A stretch of 64,000 nucleotides of DNA from the human T2T-CHM13v2.0 reference genome, Homo sapiens, in the NCBI RefSeq assembly GCF_009914755.1, contig NC_060926.1; one strand, given 5' to 3'. This document shows, piece after piece, positions 52,297 to 64,000 of the stretch (position 1 is its first letter; each line of letters begins with the position of its first letter). The notes below the pieces were generated by a model. The model saw only the letters and a list, made by a program, of their open reading frames with translations. It did no database searches and was not told the origin of the DNA. The position numbers and the translations under genes are program-made.

Positions 52297-53874
52297 TAAG
52301 TAACAAGTCCTGAGAACACCAAAAAGAGTCTGCACTGAGTTCCCTAGGAGCTTAGCACTGCTGGGCCTGGGCCATGCAGAGAAACTTCAGACACACTCCA
52401 GCCTTGTGAAGGAGGCTACAGTGGAGCTAAAAGGGCAAGATTTAGAGCTAGGAAAAATTAAACAATATGAGAGTCACATGCCCCCAAACATCCAGGAATG
52501 ACCATGAGATGTCATTACCAAGAACTTGCTTATAGCATCCAGTAAAGCAGGGGTCCACAGCTGAGGCCCTCAGCGCAGGCCCAAGGGACACGAGGGTCTA
52601 TGGAATTGCTGACTGCATAGGAGTAATAAGTCGATGGAGCAGTGATCCTTTGGGAATGATTGTCCCTGGCCTGGAAGATTCTAAGGAGTGATTTCTGTGA
52701 GGGGAGGGAGGATGAACCATGCTGATGTGAGTGACTTGGGCTTGGGCTCAGCAGAGGAGGAGGTAGGGAAGAAGGTGTGATCCAGACCACATCTCTGGGG
52801 CTGCTGTGAAGACACAAAACAGTTTCTGTGCATGGATTCCTTGAGTCACATGATACCTTTTGCAGGCATGAATAATATCTATTTTATAGGGAAGGCTGCC
52901 TGAGGTACTAAAGTTGAGACAGTAGAGCCTGTGGGTAAGAAAATGAGCCCTGGAGCCCAGGTGCCTGGATTGAAATCCCAGATTTGCCATCTAGTAGTTG
53001 TGTAATGTGCACTGTGTGTGCTTTGGTCTGCTCATCTGTAAAATGGGAATGATCATAGCACCCACACCAGGGTTGTGGGGAAGATTGAGCGAGTTAGCAC
53101 GGGAACAGCACACAGAATAATGAGCACGTGGTAAAACATTCAATTCATGTCAGCAAAGAAAGACACTCCAGACCAGGTTCGTCACAGGCAGGGCCTGGCA
53201 CTGGGCTCACGGACTGGCCTGCTGCAGGTGGGAATGGTGGTTTTTCCAACTTGAAGGGGCTTCTCAGAGCAATGAGGGTAAAATCTGCAAAAGAGACCTG
53301 CATTGCGCAGACACCTCATCAGAGGGAACTCCGTCCCTGAGCTGGCCAGCTGGACAGGACCAGAGCTGACAGAGGCCCCCTCTCCTTCCTCACCCAGCCA
53401 CCTCCTGTGCGTGGAGAAGAGGCATCAAAGAGGTGCTTGGCCAGGAACAGGGAAACAGGGCACCAAGCCGGCTGCCCAGTGGAGACCTGAAGTCACACAG
53501 GCCTGCCAGCCACCCCATCCCCTCTGATTCTGCAGACAGCAGGACGGCACTCTGCAGGGAGTCAGCTCCCCAGTGCCCTCAGGGAAGATCACATTTTTCC
53601 CTCTCTTCAAAATGTGCACAATACTTCCTCTGAGCTCCAGGGACAGGGGAATGGTATTGGCTAATCTATAACACAACAAGCTAGCTTCTGGAAAGGATAG
53701 TGATATTTTCTTTGAGATGGTATTTATATTTGCCGATGGCAATGGAACACATATGAAGATTAACATCCGCAGTAAAGTAGCGTTGAAATGAGAAAAAGAA
53801 GGGAAACTCCCACAGTGTATTATTCAGTGGAAGAAAAGCTAGACACAAAACCGTATCCACACTATTATCCCAAT

Positions 53875-54195
<321 letters not shown>

Positions 54196-54381
54196 TAATT
54201 ATGGTGTCTAATACATATAAAATACGTGTATAGAAAGGTGACTGGAAGGAAATAGATTAAAATGGGCATACAGATTCACTCAGTTGTGGACTAGGGGTGA
54301 GTGGCTTGTTTGCTTCTTTATGCTCTTTTTTATTCTTTCTATAAAAATAAAAAGTGTTTAAAGAAAATCAATTTAGAATAA

Positions 54382-54762
<381 letters not shown>

Positions 54763-56004
54763 TGGGGCTGGGCTTTGGGCTTGCCTGCCAGCAGTGATGT
54801 CCCACCCTGTTCACCCAGCCGCCAGTCATGGACACAGGGCACTGCCCTTGCCAACTTTTACCCTCCCAAGCAATGCTTTGGCCCAGTCGCTGGCCTGAGG
54901 CTTACCTCTCGGCACTGGCATTGGGCTCCCCAGCCGGAACTGGTTACCAAGGACAAGGACACTCTGACATTCGGCTTGATCCATGTCCAGGTGCAACTGT
55001 GTGTACACCAGGGATCTGTTTGGAAACAACCCCTTGAGCTGCCAGGCTCAAGAAATCATGGACTCACAGGGTCCTGTGTGGTTACATCTTGGAAAAAATG
55101 CAGATGTATTTCACTCTCCCCGGTCAGCTCTGCATCAGGTGTTTTCTGAGCAAACCAAGGGGGTTTATAGTCATCTGTCGCATTGCCTCGAGTTGCAGTA
55201 ATTGAAAAAATGCTCAAATTCTTAGCCATGGCTGGCCTTTGCTGAGCTGGGACTCAGGTGTTTAAAGAGTTTGTGCTATAGCTAGGTGTGGATAGCTTCT
55301 GATCCCTGGGTTCTGGGAGACTGCAGGTGCCGCACATTGTCAAGTTAGAAATACTCCAGGTGGGTGTTAGCACTGTGGTGGTCTCTGGTCCACAGCCTTA
55401 GGTAAACAACTTAGATTCTGAGGTCAAAGAAAAAAGGAGAGGGAATGCAGCCTTGTGGGGGAGAAGCGGGGCAGAGGGTTCTCTAATCTAATCAGGACAG
55501 GACAGGTTTCACATACAATTGTCCCAGTTCGCATCCCAGCCCTGGGGCACTTTTCTGCTTCCTTCCAGAGGCCTGGGCCTCTGATAACACTTTGGCTTTT
55601 TCTCCATTCACGCTGATTTGGCAAAAGGCCAGAGATGGGCCTCCTTCCCTGGGGAGGTGTGATGTAGTTATCACATTCAGGACCCTTGTTGATTTATCAT
55701 CTATTATTTGAATTCAACTGGACACTCTGTAAAATGCTGCACTGCAGCAAAAACAAAACCACCACCACCCCAGAGAAAACCATGTACTAATTGGAGTGGG
55801 GTACCCCCATTCACAGGTTCCCAGGTCCCCTGGCTTTGGCTGATTTCAAAATATAGAGCCCTTTCTTGCCAGTACATCCAAGTTTAAAATTATCAGCGAA
55901 ATGGTCCATGTTTTTCCAATTACCTGCTGACACGGTTCTAAGCTAAGTGAAGGGGAAGATCTGAGAGCGTGCTGTTTGTGGCTGTTGATGCATATTCGTG
56001 ATGT

Positions 56005-56090
56005 AACAGGTCCTGGGGCCTCACTTTACCCCATTTGTAAAATGGGGCTAATGTCACCTGCCTCTTACCTACCTCAGAGGGATTTGGTGA
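56005..56090 (+). mobile_element. MIR core within the 3'UTR
   Basis: cctcactttaccccatttgtaaaatgggg...acctacctcagagggattt. Confidence 0.7.
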
Positions 56091-56886
56091 AGCAAACTGT
56101 TAATCTTCGAAAACGACCATTTCACTTCTTGGATATCAAGTGCTAACCCAGTATGTTCTTCTTTTTTATGTAAGGGACAGCTTTCTCCACAGAGTCCTTT
56201 CTGCTGGTGAGGACAGCATTTCTGAGCAGGGCTTTGTTCTCTATGTGCATTAGGACTTTTATCATGCCCTTGTTCTGTGTGTAGTTACTTGACAGCATCA
56301 AATGCCGCCTCTTCCTAATGTCCTTCAAGTTTTCATGAACTAGCAACCCCACCTTCCACCATGGTTCTGGGCGCCTGATTTTGCTGTGACTCCCAGACCC
56401 AGCCACTGTTTCTGCCACCCTGTAACAGGCCATTAAAGCTCCCCAGTGTTCAGCCTCCTTCACTCCCTTGTTTTCCCTGTTGCTATGTGTCACCTGGGCC
56501 CTACAGACAGGGGCACACGCTTATGGATGTGTGTACCATTGAGATGAGAATGGGTAGATGGAACGGAGACCATCAAGCCACACCCCCTTCTTAAAACTGG
56601 GGACATGAGCCTGAGCAGAAAGGGTGAAGAAGAGCCATGGGACACAGAGTTGACCCAGCCAGGGGGAAAGCCCAGCTCTCTTTAAACCAGCTAAGCCATT
56701 CCAGTCTCCTGTGAAGCCAAAAGGGACCAGGAACCGTGCAAAGGAAACTGGAAACTTTTCCCCGCTGGGTAGAGCATGTTGCTGATACTCTTCTGTTTTC
56801 AAGGGAAACAATCACATTGTTTGATTCCAAATGGTAAATGAACACTCACTATTCTTCAGGCTTCAGTAAATCTTTTTTTCTTCCTT

Positions 56887-56987
56887 CATATATATATACA
56901 CAACACACACACACATATGTATATCTATACACACATGTGTGTTGTGTGTGTTGTGTATATGCATGTGTGTGTGTGCGTGTGTGTATA
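56887..56987. repeat. Compound (TA)/(CA)/(TG) microsatellite, self-complementary
   Basis: Read directly from sequence. Confidence 0.9.
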
Positions 56988-57422
56988 GTTTTAGCTCCAA
57001 GCCAAGCAAGTTTGTGTTTGGATAGAGGGGAACTTAACTATTAACTACAAGTTGTATGTCTGTGGTATCTTGATTTTCCCATTTCTAAAGATGAATTTCA
57101 CAAAGCCATAAAGCGTGAAATTAGAGCTGGACTTAAGACTCATTGGCCGACCATCCTGTGTCCTGGCCTGGCCCTGCAGTAAGAAGCGTGTCTGGGTCTG
57201 GAGAAGGGTGCTTCCGAGAGTGTGCAGGTGGCCCTTCCCCTTGGAGGCGAGAAGAGAGAATGTGCTGTCTATCTTCCTGGTTTTCAGTCCACAGAGTCGG
57301 TAGACCAGGGGTTACGTGACTGGGGAAAATCTCACATCTCCTTGTCTGAAAACATTTCCCCTGCTGTTCTCTTTCTAACATGTTGTGGTAAATCTGTTCA
57401 GATACTGCTCATCTGACTGTTT

Positions 57423-57525
57423 TGTACATGTGACAATTGCCTTAAAACCTAGCACAGTCCTCAGAAATGAATACCGTGTTTCCACTGGAATCTGCAGTTC
57501 CTTTATTCCCTTCTTGTGTGTTGAA
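57423..57525 (+). terminator. Probable non-canonical poly(A) site
   Basis: TGTA 57423, AATGAA 57466-57471, downstream tttattcccttcttgtgtgttg. Confidence 0.55.
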
Positions 57526-58565
57526 GCGGCACTTGCTGATGGAGGAGCTGTTGCTCTTCTAGGAGATGGGCTTTGGGTGACTAAAGGGATTTGTTTTCCT
57601 TGCTCCATTCATCAGGCACGAGCCCCTAAGTCAGGGCAGGCATGCTCAGGGGGCAGTGCTACCGCCGGAGCTGCTGTCGCTGATCCTTTTGCGGCCACCT
57701 GCTTGCAACTGGGAAGCGTCAAGCTGCTCAGGGGCTTCCCACTCCACACCAGCAGGGCTCTTGTAAAAAGTGTGTGGTTTTGCCACATACCTCCATAAAG
57801 TTATGTCTTGTCAGAACGACTAGGTCAACAGGCCCTAACTGAGCATCTACTGTAAGGCAAGCATTAAGTAGGAACAACAGGAAGAAAGCCCCAGGCCCTA
57901 GAATTCTGGGAAAGTCCCTGAAAGAGAGCAGTTGTCCATGCCTCTACTATGGCACCACCACACCTCGCCCATGCTTTTATATAATCTTGTTTTCAATGAC
58001 ACCACATTCCAGCAACATTAGGGAATCTAGACACCTCTTATAATAGGAATTATCCTGCAAACAGAGTGGAAACCTCTGAAGAAACAGATCCCCTGTCTGA
58101 CCTGAACATTTCCAGCTCTTCATATAATACAGGAACTGGTTTTCATTTCTGGGCAATCCCCAAAGGATGAGGAGAGAGTTCACACCGATCAGGGGCCTGA
58201 TGGGGCCTGCTAGGAGTAACGATTTGGATTCTTACCCTGGAGTGTGGTTGCCTTGACTCTCTGTTGTGGAGAGTGTTTGGAGGTTGGGATTAGTACTTGA
58301 TGAGTCAGTTTTCTGATGTAACCAGACCAAGAGGAGCAAATCTACACTCAAACCATCTCTTCCCTGGGGATCAGAAGGAGCGCTGATCTGATGAGCTACT
58401 TGAACCTGCTCACGGGAACTGTAAATTGTGTCTGAATAGCACAGGCGATGTAGCAGGGAGGACCATGGGCTGTCTGGGTTCCACTCCCAGCTCTGCTGCT
58501 TGCTTGCTGCATGACCCTGGGCATGATAACCTCTCCATGGCTTAGTCTCATATTTAAAATTGGGA

Positions 58566-59156
<591 letters not shown>

Positions 59157-59249
59157 AGCCTTTTACCCAAACATGTATAACTGATGAAGTTCAACATTGT
59201 AAGTTAAAGTGTGGTCTGAATCTAGGCAACTGATTATGCTTACATAGGC

Positions 59250-59361
59250 GGGGCTGCCTCAGCATGCAGTTCCGCAGGGCACCATTCATGTATTCTGTGC
59301 GAATGGAGCTTGCAGGAGTTGTGCGGTACATAGCCTTCCTGGCCATAACATGGCAGCCCTG
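59250..59361. mobile_element. MER91-like hAT MITE
   Basis: gggctgcc...caccattca...gaatgg...ggagttgtgc...ggcagccctg. Confidence 0.65.
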
Positions 59362-59960
59362 AACTGTGGGGTCAGTTGCAGTTAAAAGCTTTGATTCTCA
59401 ACTCGAACGTAAAGCATGTTGAATCTGTCTTCCCTATAAATTGTTTCCCTTTTAATAGTTATGGGCCAATCAGTTTCAAAGCAATAGGGTTGCAGTCTAG
59501 AGGAACTTCCTTAATCAGCTTCACTAGTCATGATTTTTCCATTTGTGGTGTTCCTCTAACAAAGCATCTGTGTTTGTGGCTATGCACTTTGTGGTATCAA
59601 TGAACCTTTTCTCTCTCTAGTCCTCAGAGCACCCTGGGTTGGCTAGCTGGATTGCTCACATGCCTTCCTCACCTCCAAGCCCCTCTAAGACAACCAATCT
59701 CATGACAAAAGCATGGCCCTGAGATCTTGTGAGTGGTAGCCCACTCCATTCAGTCCTTCCAGAAACACAGTACAACAATGGTCAGGCCTGAAAGAGCCCC
59801 GATGCTAAAGAGCACAGTGTTATAAACCCAACAAACTGATCTACAGGGGAGAAGTCAGTTTCATAGTTTCCTTTAGGTGCGGGGAGAGCAGCCTGTGGAA
59901 GTGCTGGGAATGCTCTATTTCTTGATCTGGATGGGTGTTTGCTTTGTGATAATTCATTAA

Positions 59961-60260
<300 letters not shown>

Positions 60261-60595
60261 TTTATGTTTAATAAGTGTACGCTTTTACTTTTCACAAAGT
60301 GAGAAGAAAAAACCAGGGGTGTAGGAGCGGGGTGGTAATTAGGGCCCAATGGAAGACTCTCTGTAGCGGTTACCAGTCACTTTGGATGACCATGTCTTTT
60401 CTTGGCTGTCCTGTGAGCCATCAGAAATTATCTCAGCTAATTACACCTTGGTCATCTAGAGCAATGGTCAGCAAACTATGGCTCACAGGCCACAGCCAGC
60501 CCACTGCCTGTTTCTGTACGGCCCATGGGTAGTGCCCCAGCACATTAGCAGCATGAGCGACAGAGGCCAAGCGTGGGTGTTTCCCTCCACCCCGT

Positions 60596-60870
60596 CAGGG
60601 CTGACTTGCCCATGAGGCACAGGACTCGCAGGACCTGAGGCCCACAATGCTTTTAGGGGCCCACAAAATTATTATTATTATTTTGAAACAAGGTGTTGCT
60701 CTGTTGCCCAGGCTGGAGTACGGTAGCATGATCACAGCTCACTGCAGCCTCCACCTTCTGGGCTAAAGCGATTGTCCCACCTTAGCCTCCCAAAGTGCTG
60801 AGATTACAGGCATGAGCCGCTGCTCCAGCCCTACAAAAATATTTTCATTTGCTTTTAAATCAGAAAAATG
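60596..60870 (+). mobile_element. ORSL-like hAT fragment interrupted by a minus-strand Alu monomer (60670-60830)
   Basis: cagggc...aggcacag...ttttaggggcccacaaaat [Alu] ttttaaatcagaa. Confidence 0.55.
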
Positions 60871-62255
60871 TCCCCAGGACATTGGGATGACGTACGTGAA
60901 CAGGTGGCTTGACACTCATAGCAGGGACGCATGGATGATTTTCCTATTATCAGTTTTTGGTCTGCAACAAAATGAGGTACTGAAATTCTGGCAAGTCTTT
61001 GCCGAGCCCTAGGATGACTTGGGCTTGTAGGGCTCCCCAGGGGAGCAGCCCCCATTAGCAGAACCTCCCCCCACACCCCACACCCCACACCCCTACACAC
61101 AGAGAAAGTGGGCATAGCAGGGTCTCTTCCTCAATAAAGTGCTAGCTGAGGAGTCACTTGTCCAGGAATCCCTGATCTCACCCATTTCCACTTCACTAAA
61201 GCACACTGAAAAGCATTAGCCTGATATATACAAGATACCTGATGTATACATATCCATGGAGATTTAAGAAAGAAAGCAACCATCAACTGCTAAAATACTT
61301 CCCTGGAAGCTCAGCTCTTCCATCAAAACCCAAATCCAATCTGTCCCTAAGAGTGAGAGTCAAGGACAAAAGCACACCCATTTTTAGTAAATCCGTGGCC
61401 TGCTGGGAACGTGAGTCATTGCCCCTGGGTACCCAGCACCACTTTATACATATAGAAGATAGTATGAAGTGACAAATGGATGAAGAACTTTAAAAATCTT
61501 TAGAGGACTGAATCGTTATCATTCCTTATTTCTAATGTTTTACTGTAGTGTTTTCCTTCAGATAAAATTCCCTGTGTTCCACAGTAGGCCGCATGATGGG
61601 AGCAGGACCATGAGAGAGTGAGCCGGATGTACTCTGGGGCTGACTTGGTAGTAGCCGTGTGTCCTTGGGCCGGCCACTTCCCCTTCCTGGCCTTGTTTTC
61701 CTCATCTGTGAACTGCGGGGTTGGACTAGACGGTCCCTGAGTTCTAAGTCTCTTCTACTCCACTGCTGATAGAATGTGAAGGAAAATTGGAAAGGAAGAC
61801 TTTCCAAGAGGGACAGCAGACCAGGAATAAGAGTCCACAGTGGCACTTTTCTTGCCTGTGGTTCCCAATCTGGATGCATATTACACTACTCTGGGAACCC
61901 TGAAAAATCCCATGCCCAGGCCATACCTGAAAGCAAATAACCAAAATTTCTGGGGGTGGGACCCAAGCACCAGTATTTTCAAAGCTGCCCAGGGGTTTCA
62001 GCCAAGGCTGACAACTGCCGGGTCAGCAGCACTGTGGGCAGCCTAGGAATTCTGCATTTAACAAGCTCCTGGCAAATACTTGGGCATGTGAGTGTTTGAG
62101 AATCACAGACCTAGTACCCTCAGCATCTGTGGGCACCCTGGTTCATGGTCTTTTCTGGAAAACTCCATTCTAGGTAATTTCCCAAAAGCCTCTAACTACA
62201 GTGGCCATGGATGACCTCATTTGAGGGGAAATCTACTCTTGTTTACACTCTGTCA

Positions 62256-64000
<1,745 letters not shown>

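Larger units (their letters stand above)
54763..57490 (+). other. SLC1A4: SLC1A4 3'UTR (end approximate)
   Basis: Alu-free stretch after the stop codon; candidate signal AATGAA at 57466 with upstream TGTA and downstream U/GU-rich tract. Confidence 0.7.

Overview
Human (primate) genomic DNA containing the complete SLC1A4 gene (ASCT1, Na+-dependent neutral amino-acid exchanger, SLC1/EAAT family) on the + strand. Eight coding exons (23266-54762), all with GT-AG borders, sum to 1599 nt = 532 aa + stop. The gene has a CpG-island promoter (~21.85-24.2 kb) and a ~2.7 kb 3'UTR that probably ends at a non-canonical poly(A) signal near 57.47 kb. The rest is repeat-rich: about 40 Alu elements/monomers, a solo LTR12C, MaLR/ERVL LTRs, L1/L2/MIR, hAT transposons and a retroposed U6 pseudogene. 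Almost all other ORFs in the track are Alu, LTR or CpG-island artefacts. I see no convincing new multi-gene system. The best leads are regulatory or splicing features: a (GGAA)14 microsatellite and an ATF4-type element at the promoter, a same-strand LTR12C upstream, a donor site reconstituted at the exon 4/5 junction, a CA/UG hairpin in the 3'UTR, and weaker exon-like islands upstream. Repeat subfamily names are from memory of consensus sequences and are approximate.
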